Shown in pieces: positions 1 through 9,649 of a stretch of DNA of 64,000 bases. The stretch spans positions 1,984,001 to 2,048,000 of the forward strand of contig CBDAOI010000004.1 in assembly GCA_965198005.1 (NCBI GenBank), read 5' to 3'. Each line of letters begins with the position of its first letter. The first letter of the stretch is position 1. This DNA is from Spirochaetia bacterium. Its GTDB lineage: Bacteria; Spirochaetota; Spirochaetia; SZUA-6; Bin103. Made by a program: the position numbers and the translations under genes. Under the pieces are notes generated by a model. It had not been told where the DNA came from. It searched no databases and was given only the letters and a program-made list of their open reading frames with translations.

Positions 1-310
1 CCGGCTCGCCGATGCGGTCGGCATCTCCCACAACAACCTCGCCTCCTATGAGGCCGACCGCGTCATGCCCTCGTTCCAGAACGCGGTGAAGCTGTGTCAG
101 TTCTTCAACGTCCCCCTCGAGTATCTGCTGGTCGGTCAGAAGGCCGACTTCCGCTATCACGACCTCAGGCTCGCCGAGCTGTTCCTCCAGGCCGATGCGC
201 TGCCGGCCGAGTACCGCACCATCATCAAGGCGTACCTGCGCAGCGTGATGACGCACGCGGCCGAGAAGGAGCGCCTGATCGCTAGCGCCGCCGAGCCGGA
301 GCTGCCGTAG
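1..310 (+). CDS. XRE-family HTH transcriptional regulator, 5'-truncated by window edge
   Basis: Near-identical to 14832-15141; LADAVGISHNNLASYEADRVMPS HTH-XRE pattern. Confidence 0.85.
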   Translation, partial: RLADAVGISHNNLASYEADRVMPSFQNAVKLCQFFNVPLEYLLVGQKADFRYHDLRLAELFLQADALPAEYRTIIKAYLRSVMTHAAEKERLIASAAEPELP

Positions 311-410
311 GGAGAGGAAACCGAGAGCGCAGATCGCGCGAAGAAAGTGCTTGACTGCTGGGAACCGAGTGCGAAAGCGCCTGGCAACCAAGTACCAGGA
401 GGTGCGATCG

Positions 411-1007
411 ATGGTGAGCTTTCAGGTTTTCGGTCAGCCGGCGCTGCGGTTCAAGGTGGCGGCGCGCGCGGTGCTGTTTGCCGGCAGCCGCCGCGGGCAG
501 GTGGAGCAGCCGGTCTGCCGCGCGCTGGTCGAGCGGTTCCGCCGCCACGGGTTCGGGTTCTTCGTGGGCTGCGCGACCGGCGTCGATGCGGCGTTCCGCG
601 CGGCGCTGGCCCACTCAGCGTGCGGCCCCGACGAGGTGTTCGTCGGCTGCGCGTTCGGCCAGCGCGCACGGCGCTGCCGGGCCGAGGGGCTGTTCGCCTC
701 GGCGGTGGTGCCCGAGGGCATCCCGCCCCGGGCGGCGCTGGCGCGGCGCACCCTGTGGCTGGTCAAGCGCAGCTCGCTGGTGGTGCTGTTCCCCGAGCGG
801 CCCGCCGACCGGCAGTGGGGTCCGGGCTCGCGGCTTGCCTATCGCTCGGCGCTCTACCACCTCAAGCCGACCTTCGTGGTGGCCTCACGGCCGCCTGTCG
901 CTCCGGCGTTCTGTCAGGTGGTGGCCGCCGACCTGTTCGCCACGGTCGACGGCTACTGGGTGGTGCCGCACACCTTCCGCGACGGCCTCTGCGACGACGA
1001 GTACTGA
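411..1007 (+). CDS. DprA/Smf-like SLOG-superfamily protein, copy 1 (198 aa)
   Basis: AGGAGGT RBS before ATG 411; VLFAGSR, FFVGCATGVD, ALARRT, VVLF and GPGS motifs resemble the SLOG/DprA Rossmannoid fold. Confidence 0.65.
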   Translation: MVSFQVFGQPALRFKVAARAVLFAGSRRGQVEQPVCRALVERFRRHGFGFFVGCATGVDAAFRAALAHSACGPDEVFVGCAFGQRARRCRAEGLFASAVVPEGIPPRAALARRTLWLVKRSSLVVLFPERPADRQWGPGSRLAYRSALYHLKPTFVVASRPPVAPAFCQVVAADLFATVDGYWVVPHTFRDGLCDDEY

Positions 1008-1510
1008 GGGTCCAGATCGGAGCATCCGCTTCCCGCTGACCGGCAAGGCCACGCCCATGCACAGCCCGGCGCTCGCCGACCTGCTCGGTCGCCTTCCGGC
1101 CCCCCCTCCGGACCAAGAAGCAGCCCACAGCCCCCGACCTCGTGTCGTGGTCTGTGGGCCGTATGCCACCCGTGGCGCCAGGGAGGGCGCCACGGGTGGA
1201 GGTTGCTGGATACGGACTCTGCCGCGGCCGATGAAGCGGCGACACCACCGTGATCCGCGCCGGCACCACCGGCCAACTGTCACTAACGGTGCGCCCGCGA
1301 CATCAGCACAATGGCGATACGTGCGATCCGGCAAAAGGGCCCATTGGCCGATTCAGAACGTGCGCGAAGGCCCCTTGTTCGCGACCGACCGTGTCTGCCC
1401 ACGAACGGACGACGCGTCAGTCGTGTGATGAGGTACATAGTGCCCGGCTTCGCTGTGACGACGAGTATGGAGAGTGCACCGATGAGAGACGTACGAGAGA
1501 TCAGCGTCGA
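1008..1510 (+). repeat. Mosaic SLOG-flanking repeat (hairpin 1166-1199, core palindrome 1398-1432)
   Basis: Homologous to 15839-16300 (+), 10280-10693 (-) and 39110-39380 (+). Confidence 0.85.
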
Positions 1511-1569
1511 TGAGGCGCCGACGTCGCAGTTCAGGCAGCCGAAGCCGGAGCACTGCCTGCGCCGCTCGT

Positions 1570-1885
1570 CATCGACCACCTCGGCCGCTTTGTGCCGCCG
1601 GTCGGCGTCGATCACTCCACCTTTCGGTTGTTGCTACGCCTCGTCAGTGGCGGCAGGTGCTGGGTCAAGCTGTCGGCGCCATACGAGTCGTCTGCGGCCG
1701 GCAACCGCTGTTGCCAATCTACGCGCCACGGCCCGCGAGCTCGTGCGAGCCGCGCCGGAGCGGCATGCTGTGGGCGAGCAACTGGCCGCACCCGAACCAT
1801 TGCGGCATCTACGACGATGCCATGCTCCTTGACCTGTTGCTCGGCTGGGCCGACGACGAAGGCACCCGCTGTCGCAGCAGCTCGA
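1570..1885 (+). pseudogene. Amidohydrolase_2 (LigI-like) C-terminal fragment, frameshifted
   Basis: CWVKLSAPY and LWASNWPHP motifs lie in different frames. Confidence 0.65.
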
Positions 1886-1889
1886 ATGG

Positions 1890-2168
1890 TCAGACCCCGA
1901 TTGTCTCGGCAGCGATCACGCTCTCCCTCAGGTCTTCGATGGACTGCAGCGCCTCTTCGCGAGACCGGAATGGGCCACGCGAGAAAACGACTTCCCCAGT
2001 CTCGAGCTTGAGAGAAAAGGTGTACTCGTCATTCTCATTCTGTGAGATTTCAAAGCTCGCCGGGTGTGGCACGTGATCCAAAGCGATCACAAACCGCTTG
2101 GGTTGTCCAGGGCGGTAGAAGACACCTCGTTTGCCACCTGTGAAGTCGTATTCGTCGCGCATAACCAT
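1890..2168 (-). CDS. Putative antitoxin: BrnA-like N-terminus plus DUF1508/YegP-like domain
   Basis: MRDEYDFTGGKRG start; FEI..N.EYTFSLK..TGEVV.S..F.S.EEA pattern; directly downstream of BrnT. Confidence 0.55.
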   Translation of the reverse strand: MVMRDEYDFTGGKRGVFYRPGQPKRFVIALDHVPHPASFEISQNENDEYTFSLKLETGEVVFSRGPFRSREEALQSIEDLRESVIAAETIGV

Positions 2169-2169
2169 A

Positions 2170-2463
2170 CTACCCCTCAGTATACTCCTTTCGTTCCGCG
2201 GCGGTCGCCGGCCGAGAAGAGATGATCCGAATCAACTCGTCGTTCTCTTTCTTGTACGCGTGGGTGTAGACCACGACGAGTAGCCGATTTGATGATGCCC
2301 GTCCACTGGTGATCCATCGCTCTTCCTCAGGCGTGGAGTGCTGTGCATCAGGAACGGTGAGGGCAAGAGGGTCATCGAACACGCTGGTTGCCTCAAAGAA
2401 GTTCACTCCGTGCTTACGCTCATTTGAGATTGCCTTCCTATCGTCCCATTCAAACGTAATCAT
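2170..2463 (-). CDS. brnT: BrnT-family toxin (DUF497)
   Basis: FEWDDRKAISNERKHGVNFFEA...EERWITSG...IRIISSRPAT. Confidence 0.85.
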   Translation of the reverse strand: MITFEWDDRKAISNERKHGVNFFEATSVFDDPLALTVPDAQHSTPEEERWITSGRASSNRLLVVVYTHAYKKENDELIRIISSRPATAAERKEYTEG

Positions 2464-2716
2464 CAACGTGCTCGCAGATTGAGGTTCCGATCATACTCGA
2501 CAGACGGCGTCCACTGGTGATCCATCGCTCTTCCTCAGGCGTGGAGTGCTGTGCATCAGGAACGGTGAGGGCAAGAGGGTCATCGAACACGCTGGTTGCC
2601 TCAAAGAAGTTCACTCCGTGCTTACGCTCATTTGAGATTGCCTTCCTATCGTCCCATTCAAACGTAATCATCAACGTGCTCGCAGATTGAGGTTCCGATC
2701 ATACTCGACAGACGGC
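2301..2716. repeat. Perfect 208-bp tandem duplication giving a truncated second brnT (2450-2671, -)
   Basis: gtccactggt at 2301 and 2509, with identical sequence following each. Confidence 0.9.
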
Positions 2717-2749
2717 GCGGTTGAGACGCCAGCCGCGATGATTGCTGAG

Positions 2750-3045
2750 GTGAGGCTACCAGACCTCCGACAGGTCGACAGCAACGTCCGCGGGCGTCGC
2801 CAATACCACCCGATCGGTGTGAGCGCCACGCCCCACGTGGTTACCCGGTTCCGGATGATAGACCAAGACCTGCTGTGCGTCGGGATCGGCTCGGTGAGAT
2901 TCGCCCGACATGCATCCGGCTGCACCACGTCGAATGGTGATAGCTGCACGTCGAACGGCGCGTCGAACAACGCGCCGCGGCCGCTGGCCTCCAGTTGTTG
3001 GTAGTTTCGTGACTCGGACTCCGGACGCCGCCCCGAGCTTTCCAT
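2750..3045 (-). pseudogene. Uma2-family endonuclease fragment
   Basis: GRGALFDAPFDVQLSPFDVVQPD motif; frame breaks afterwards. Confidence 0.6.
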
Positions 3046-3059
3046 TGGACAGCCAAACG

Positions 3060-3365
3060 CTCGCCCTCTATGGCGCGGGAACGCCTGTGCTGGGCGCGCG
3101 GCGGATCGCGTCCGACGGGACGCACGAACGGACGAACCGTCAGTTACCTGTGCACTTCGCCGACTGGGTCTGCGGTGCCCGATGATGCGCCGACACTACG
3201 ACGCCAGGCGCCGCCTCGAGCTGACCGGCCACGTCACGCCCATACCCACCCCAGCGCTGGTTGACCTGGTCGGCCGCGTTCCGGGCGCGCCTCCGGAATA
3301 GCCAACGGGCTCCCAGCCCCCGACGTCCTGTCGCGGCCTGGGAGCTACATGCCACCCGTGGCGGC
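3060..3365 (+). repeat. Mosaic repeat containing 39-aa ORF 3182-3301
   Basis: Inverted homolog of 9715-10010. Confidence 0.85.
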
Positions 3366-3512
3366 ACGGCGGCGTCATCCCGGCCCGAGCGAAGGGTCGG
3401 CATCAAGAATCTCGGCGTCGGGGTAGAGGTGATCAATCGGTGCCCCGTGCGGTTGCAGCGCCGGCGTCCAACGCCTCGATGGCCGGGCGACCTCAGCTCG
3501 GGGTGAGCTGGC

Positions 3513-4463
3513 CTATGGCCGTGCCGAGGCGGCGGCACCGTAGCGGCCGAGGCGGCCGCGCAGCCGCGGGTCGAGCAGGTCGCGCACCGCGTCACCGAAC
3601 ATGTTGAGGCTGTAGACGACGACGGTCAGGCACAGCCCCGGCCACAACGCCAGATGAGGCGCTACCTCCATGTACCGCCGCCCCTCGCGGCTGAGCATGC
3701 CGCCCCAGCTCGGTATGTCCGGCGGCAGGCCGAAGCCGAGAAAGCTCAGCGCCGCCTCCGACATGATCACCCCGCCGACGTTGATGCTGAAGATGATGAT
3801 GATGGGCGCGGCGATGTTGGGCAGCACGTGGCGCAGCAGCGAACGCCGGCGCGAGCTGCCGATTGCCTGCGCCGCCTGGAAGTAGACGTTCTCCTTCACC
3901 CCCAGCACTGCGCCGCGCACCACCCGCGAGGCCGGGATGCCGCCCGACACCCCCAGCACGATGATGATCTGCGCCATCCCGCGGCCGGCAATCGACATGA
4001 TCGTCAGCAGCAACAGCAGCCCCGGGAACGCTATCCAGGCGTCGACGAAGCGCTGCGTCACCAGGTCCAGCCGCCCGCCGATGAAGCCGGTGGTGCCGCC
4101 GATCAGCACCGCCACCACGACGTTGAGGGCCGTGGCGGCCAGCCCCACCGTCAGCGACAGTCGCGCACCGTGGATGAGGCGGCTCAGCAGGTCGCGCCCC
4201 ACGTGGTCGGTGCCCAGCAGGTACTGGGCCGAGGGGGCCTGCAGGCGATCGCGCAGATGGATTTCCTCGAAGCGATAGGGCGCCAGCCCATCGGCGAAGA
4301 TGCTGACCAGCACCAGGAGCAGGATGACGATGCCGCCGGCGGTGCCCAACGGCTGCTCACGCACCAGCCGGCCGAAGAACCGCCGCGCTCCAGCCTGCCC
4401 AGCCGCAGCCGCCCCAGCGGCCGGCTCGGCGCCGGCCGGCGTCAGCTGTGATACGTCACCCAC
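3513..4463 (-). CDS. ABC transporter permease, DppC/OppC type
   Basis: LGTDHVGRDLLSRLIHGARLSL; SWGGML; GDAVRDLLDPR. Confidence 0.93.
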   Translation of the reverse strand: MGDVSQLTPAGAEPAAGAAAAGQAGARRFFGRLVREQPLGTAGGIVILLLVLVSIFADGLAPYRFEEIHLRDRLQAPSAQYLLGTDHVGRDLLSRLIHGARLSLTVGLAATALNVVVAVLIGGTTGFIGGRLDLVTQRFVDAWIAFPGLLLLLTIMSIAGRGMAQIIIVLGVSGGIPASRVVRGAVLGVKENVYFQAAQAIGSSRRRSLLRHVLPNIAAPIIIIFSINVGGVIMSEAALSFLGFGLPPDIPSWGGMLSREGRRYMEVAPHLALWPGLCLTVVVYSLNMFGDAVRDLLDPRLRGRLGRYGAAASARP

Positions 4464-4486
4464 GGGCTTCCCTCATTGCTTTTGCC

Positions 4487-5488
4487 TCACTCGTAGCGAA
4501 TCCGCGGGTCCAGCGACGCGTACAGCAGATCGGTCAGCAGGTTAACGAACACCACCACCGTGGCGAAGAACAGGTTCACCCCCGACACCACCGGGTAGTC
4601 GCGGTCATTAAGCGCATGAAGCATCAGCCGCCCCAGCCCCGGCAGGTTGAAGATGTTCTCGATGATGACCGAGCCGCCCACCAGGATCGGCAGCTGCATG
4701 CCCACCAGCGTCACCACCGGGATGATGGCGTTCTTGACCGCGTGGCGTAGGATCACCGACCGCTCCAGCAGACCCTTGGCCCAGGCAGTGCGAATATAGT
4801 CCTGCCGCAGCACCTCCAGCATCATGGTGCGCGTCATGCGCATGGTGCTGGCCGACAGGTAGGTGCCAAGGATCAGGCTAGGGATGAGGAACATACCGAG
4901 GTTGCCGAGTGGGTCTTCCGTGAAAGGAACCCACTTCATCGGTGGCGACCAGGCCCACCAGATGGCCGGGTAGATCATCACCATCGTTCCCAGCCAGAAG
5001 TTGGGCGTCGCCAGCCCCATGATGGCGACCGACCGCCCCACGTAGTCGGCGGCGGTGTACTGGCGCACCGCCGAGTAGATGCCGACCGGCAGGGCTATCA
5101 CCAGCCCGATTACGATTGCCATGACACCGAGCTCAATGGTTACCGGCAATCTACTTAATATCTTCTCCTCTACCGTCCAAGTGCCAAGCAGTGATTTGCC
5201 AAGGCTACCCTGGAGGAGACCTTTAAACTGGGACTCACCGGTAACCCAGTCAGCGGTCGGCAACACTCCTATCCAGCGTCCATACTGCACGTAGACGGGC
5301 ACGTCTAATCCCAGTATACGCATAACAGCTTCACGGTCAATCACCCCCGCTGCTTGCAATTCCTGCCTACCCACCATTACGTCTATTACATCGCCGGGGA
5401 TGAAGCGCACCGAGAGAAAGACCAGGATGCTCAATATGAACAAGGTGGAGATTATGAGCAATAACCGCCTGATGATATAGGCTCTCAT
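4487..5488 (-). CDS. ABC transporter permease, DppB/OppB type
   Basis: MRAYIIRRLL start; QDYIRTAWAKGL; RDYPVV; LDPRIRY. Confidence 0.93.
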   Translation of the reverse strand: MRAYIIRRLLLIISTLFILSILVFLSVRFIPGDVIDVMVGRQELQAAGVIDREAVMRILGLDVPVYVQYGRWIGVLPTADWVTGESQFKGLLQGSLGKSLLGTWTVEEKILSRLPVTIELGVMAIVIGLVIALPVGIYSAVRQYTAADYVGRSVAIMGLATPNFWLGTMVMIYPAIWWAWSPPMKWVPFTEDPLGNLGMFLIPSLILGTYLSASTMRMTRTMMLEVLRQDYIRTAWAKGLLERSVILRHAVKNAIIPVVTLVGMQLPILVGGSVIIENIFNLPGLGRLMLHALNDRDYPVVSGVNLFFATVVVFVNLLTDLLYASLDPRIRYE

Positions 5489-5636
5489 GTGATACACCTG
5501 ATTGCGATTCCCCCCGTCATTCCGGCGAAAGCCGGAATCCACTTAGACAATCTCGTCGCCTTCTCTCCCCCCATCATTGCGGTGAAAAACCTGCCCCGGA
5601 CTGGATCCGGGGCCGCAATCCACTTAGACAATCTCG

Positions 5637-5975
5637 TCATATCCCGACACGTCGGGATCGGGACGAAGGGTCTGGGGAGTGTGGGGGGCTGCGATCCCAT
5701 GCGTCGGCCAAATCTTCCCAGTAGGGATTCAACGATTCAAAAAGGGCGACCTTCTTGCTGCGGAGCCAGCCTTTAATCTGTTTCTCCCGCGCAATTGCCG
5801 ACTCGACGTCGTCTGTAGCCTCGTAATGCACGAGCTTTGAGATGTTATACCTCTTAGTAAAACCGTCCACCACCTTGAGGCGGTGTTCATACACTCGACG
5901 CGTCAGGTCGTTGGTCACCCCAGTGTAAAGCGTTCCTCTATAGCTGGCCATGAGGTAAACGTAGTACTGGCTCAT
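5637..5975 (-). CDS. GIY-YIG nuclease (UPF0213-like) flanked by REP-like palindromes
   Basis: YYVYLMAS..GTLYTGVTNDL.RRVYEH...AIAREKQIKGW.R.KK; flanking GTCATTCCGGCGAAAGCCGGAATCC (5516-5540) and GTCACCCTGAG..GAAGGGTCT. Confidence 0.85.
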   Translation of the reverse strand: MSQYYVYLMASYRGTLYTGVTNDLTRRVYEHRLKVVDGFTKRYNISKLVHYEATDDVESAIAREKQIKGWLRSKKVALFESLNPYWEDLADAWDRSPPHSPDPSSRSRRVGI

Positions 5976-6269
5976 TACCTGTCTAAGCCCCCGCACCCAG
6001 AACCGCTCCTCCGCCTTAGGCGGATCATGAACGATGAAAATGGCTGTGCATTTGTCACCCTGAGTCCTTCCAGGAAGGACGAAGGGTCTGGGGCGGTGCG
6101 CAGTTTCCATTGGCGGGGTGGCCTCGCATTGCATACGAGCCACACGCCCCCGACCCCAGATTCTTCGCCTGCGGGCTCAGACGCCGTCCTGAGCCTGCCG
6201 AAGGAATGACATTTTATCAGGAATGACGGCTCCCTCCCAAGTGTCTCTCAGGCAGTCATCAATGACTAT

Positions 6270-6306
6270 GGGAGCTGGGAAGCTTGAGCCTCCCAGCTCC
6301 CTTTTT
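6270..6306. terminator. Stem-loop downstream of SBP gene
   Basis: GGGAGCTGGGA-agcttgagcc-TCCCAGCTCCC-TTTTT; the U-tract is on the + strand. Confidence 0.55.
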
Positions 6307-6336
6307 CCCTAAGGTGAGCCACAAGGGGTGAACCCA

Positions 6337-8295
6337 CTAACGACCCATTGCTTCCTTCAGCTCACTATCAATCCAGAGGCGGGCGAGGATGGACATATAT
6401 TGCATATCTCCCATCGAGTATTCACCGTTAAAACCTTCGACCCACGGCTGGCTCACCTGAAACCTTGGTTCCAGAGGACCCCATATCTGATTGTGCTGCT
6501 TTATCACGGCCAAATCAAACTCTCTAGATGCCTGCATCTCCTCCTCAACGGTGGTAGCGGCCAAAAAGGCATCATAGGCGGCGGTCAGCTCAGGGGTCTC
6601 GACTCCGCCCACGTAGTCGCGCGTAGATGGATTGTCCGAGCGATAAGCGCGCGTGGACCAGGCAGGGCTCGAAATGGCCATGCCGCCACCGGTAGATGCC
6701 TGCATCTCCTCCTCAACGGTGGTAGCGGCCAAAAAGGCATCATAGGCGGCGGTCAGCTCAGGGGTCTCGACTCCGCCCACGTAGTCGCGCGTAGATGGAT
6801 TGTCCGAGCGATAAGCGCGCGTGGACCAGGCAGGGCTCGAAATGGCCATGCCGCCACCGGTCATCTCATAATCATGTGCTCCTCTCTTAGCGACCCAAGT
6901 CGCCGTGTCATATATATTAATCGTTACATCAACGCCAATATCAGCAAAGTAGCCGGCAGCTATTTCCACATAGCCCAAATCCGAGATGTCGCGGTGAGAA
7001 TAGTCGACCTTGAATCGAACGCCGTCCGCGCCCCGCGGATATCCAGCCTCGTCAAGGAGCTTCTCAGCACCTTCCGGGTCATACCTGTAGTATTGCTTGA
7101 GCTCTTCGGGCCACTCTTCAACTGGGGTGTAATACCCCTTGACGAAAGACACCGCAGGAGATTCCCACTTTGCTAAACCGGCATAGTAGGTATCGTTAAT
7201 CGTCTCGAGGTCCAGTGCCATCTGCAGTGCGTGGCGTACCCTGATGTCGTCAAAGGGCGCGTTGCGAATGTTCAGACCAATGGCAGCAAACGCCGCCTGG
7301 TGATAAAAGCTCGCCTCGAGTTCGGGGTTGGTCTTCTGGAGGCTCTTTACCACGTCTAGGGATTTTATTTCACCGACGCCGGCTTTAGCTGTTATATCAA
7401 TCTTACCCGAGCGTAGTGCCGATATACGTGTTGCTTCTTCTGCCATATAGAGGGCACTTACCTGGTCAATATAGGGCAGGCGGTTCTCAGGGTATTTTTC
7501 GTCGTAGCCCCAGTAGGCAGGATTCTTGGTCCAGGTGATAGAGACGTCTTCGACATAGTCAGTCAGCTCAAAGGGCCCGGTGCCGACCACGTTCTTCCAA
7601 TCCGTATAGTCGCCGTATTGCTCGATTACCTCGGGGGGTAATATCCAGTGCAAAGCTTCGTTGATGATAACCTCTAGCGCATAGACGGACGGCTCCGTCA
7701 GCTTAAAAACAACCGTATATTTGTCGGTGGCCTCTATCGATTCCCATGGCATATTGACAGCAACTCTAGGACTAAGGGGACGTTCGGTGAAGTCACCCAG
7801 AACGGTATTACGCTGCCAGGTATATACGACATCATCGGCAGTTAGCTCCCGACCGTTCATCGGTGCCTTGTTATGCCAGTAAACCCCCTGGCGGATGTGG
7901 AAGATGTAAGTCAGTGGGTCGGGCGTTTCCCAGCTTTCCGCCAGAGACCCTGTGAAGATAAACGTAGGGACATAGGGGTTTCTAAAGTCAAATTCTTTCC
8001 TATCTAGTCCCCAGTCCCCGAGGGCGAGAGTCTCATTAACACTGGCTATGAGGAAGCCCGCATAGCCGCCAGTAACAAAGGGGTCAGTAGTAGAGTAATC
8101 TAATCTATAGGGAAAGGTTAATGTCCCGCCATACTCTGGTGCCACCACGACCTTGCCGGTGGTCGGGTCGGTCACATACTTCTTGTCAGCCGCGGCTGCC
8201 GGTGCCTCTTCTGCGCCAGCGGCCCACAGGCCGGTTGCGGGCAAAACGAGGACCAACGCAATCGCGAAGGACCTTGCAAAAAATATCTTCATCAT
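6337..8295 (-). CDS. ABC substrate-binding protein family 5, with 56-aa internal duplication
   Basis: Signal peptide; LAESWE, VGTGPF and LLDEAGY motifs; 168-bp perfect repeat 6525-6860. Confidence 0.93.
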   Translation of the reverse strand: MMKIFFARSFAIALVLVLPATGLWAAGAEEAPAAAADKKYVTDPTTGKVVVAPEYGGTLTFPYRLDYSTTDPFVTGGYAGFLIASVNETLALGDWGLDRKEFDFRNPYVPTFIFTGSLAESWETPDPLTYIFHIRQGVYWHNKAPMNGRELTADDVVYTWQRNTVLGDFTERPLSPRVAVNMPWESIEATDKYTVVFKLTEPSVYALEVIINEALHWILPPEVIEQYGDYTDWKNVVGTGPFELTDYVEDVSITWTKNPAYWGYDEKYPENRLPYIDQVSALYMAEEATRISALRSGKIDITAKAGVGEIKSLDVVKSLQKTNPELEASFYHQAAFAAIGLNIRNAPFDDIRVRHALQMALDLETINDTYYAGLAKWESPAVSFVKGYYTPVEEWPEELKQYYRYDPEGAEKLLDEAGYPRGADGVRFKVDYSHRDISDLGYVEIAAGYFADIGVDVTINIYDTATWVAKRGAHDYEMTGGGMAISSPAWSTRAYRSDNPSTRDYVGGVETPELTAAYDAFLAATTVEEEMQASTGGGMAISSPAWSTRAYRSDNPSTRDYVGGVETPELTAAYDAFLAATTVEEEMQASREFDLAVIKQHNQIWGPLEPRFQVSQPWVEGFNGEYSMGDMQYMSILARLWIDSELKEAMGR

Positions 8296-8314
8296 TTCTT
8301 CCTTGGATGTTATT

Positions 8315-8505
8315 TCGGGAGTATTGCGGAGCGGATTGCCGCTCCCTGGCTACTCTGACGCCCGCAACCGCGGGCGCGCCCGCCAACGCGGGCGACCAGT
8401 CTGAGTCAAATTTGTGAAGCGCGCGGCGTGTGACTCACCGGGTTCACCCGGGCTCACGCCGCGCGCGCGTGCGGTTCTTTCAGTATCATTCGAACCTCCT
8501 TCTTC
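8315..8505 (-). promoter_or_regulatory. Conserved SBP leader: SD + uORF MILKEPHARAA* (8454-8489) + two predicted pseudoknots
   Basis: Conserved in three SBP leaders; pairings gcgcgcggcgtg/cacgccgcgcgc, tgagtca/tgactca, ctgg/ccag and gagta/tactc. Confidence 0.75.
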
Positions 8506-8834
8506 GCTAGATCTACGTCGGGATCTGCGCTACAACGCCACGCGTGGCGGTGGTCTGAGCAGCAGTGAGTCTGAATGGCCGGCAACGCCGGCGGTGGGTT
8601 TTGCGGGCAGTCAGTCGCGGGCAGCGATCCGGGACGGCTGCGGTCGACGGGAAGGGCGCGGGCGGTCCGCATGCCGGTTCGGCGATGGACCGAGCCGGCG
8701 CCACGGATAGCTACGGCGGTGGTGAAGGCGACGGCGTGCGCGGGGTCGCGTAGGGCGCGATCAGCCGGAGCGGTTAGTTGTTTCTCGGTCTCGGTTTGAA
8801 AAGTTGGGGGAGGGGGATGCACTGGCTGCGTCAC

Positions 8835-9625
8835 AACTAACCGGTCACTGCGCTGCCTGTCATCGTGACCCTTCATGACCATCCGTCGAACCCCAGGTGA
8901 GGCACGCTAGCATAGGCGCGGCGCGCCGTCAACGACTCGTGGGGGTCACCGGGGTGAGCGAAGGTCACCGGCAACCCGTCACTGCGCTGACTGTCACCAT
9001 GGCGCTTCATCTCCGATCCGTCCGACCCCAGGCGAGGCAAGCTTGCTATGGACGCGACCACCCGGTCAACCACTCGGAGCTCACCAAACGTGAGCGCCAA
9101 CCGGTCACTGCGCTGACTGTCATCATGGCGCTTCATCGGCATCCGTCGACCCCAGGCCAGGCATGATAGCGTGGGCGCGGCGCACTGTCAACGTTTCGGA
9201 GCTCACCAAACGTGACCGCCAACCGGCCACTGCGCTGACTGTCATCATGGCGCTTCATCATCGATCCGTCGAACCCCACCCCAGGCGAGGCAAGCTTGCT
9301 ATGGACGCGACCACCCTGTCAACGACTCGGACGTCACCGACCGTGACCGCCAACCGGTCACTGCGCTGACTGTCATGATGGCGCTCCATCCGCATCTGAT
9401 CAACCCGAATCACCATCTTCCGCGGGCGACTCAGAAAAGTCAACGGCGATTCTGGCCTCGTGCACCTTGCCACGCCCGGCTCTGCGATTCGGCTGAACTT
9501 GCGCGCCTCACCCCTAACCAGTCACTGCGCTGCCGCCATCCTGGCGCGTCGTCGTGGCGCATCATCTGCATTCGCCGAACCCCTAACGGTGCAGTCTCTC
9601 GCGAGCGCGGCCACCCTGTCAACAG
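8835..9625 (-). repeat. Tandem array of promoter-like units pointing to the SBP operon
   Basis: TTGAC(N) on - strand near 8932, 9069, 9191, 9322, 9443 and 9622, with shared gtcactgcgctgactgtcatcatggcgc block. Confidence 0.85.
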
Positions 9626-9649
9626 CGCCGCCCCCTGCGTGCGCGGCCG

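Noticed and set aside
8400-8489. Selenocysteine or readthrough fusion of the uORF to the SBP
   Set aside because: In-frame stops follow within about 16-27 codons in all three copies, so no fusion is possible
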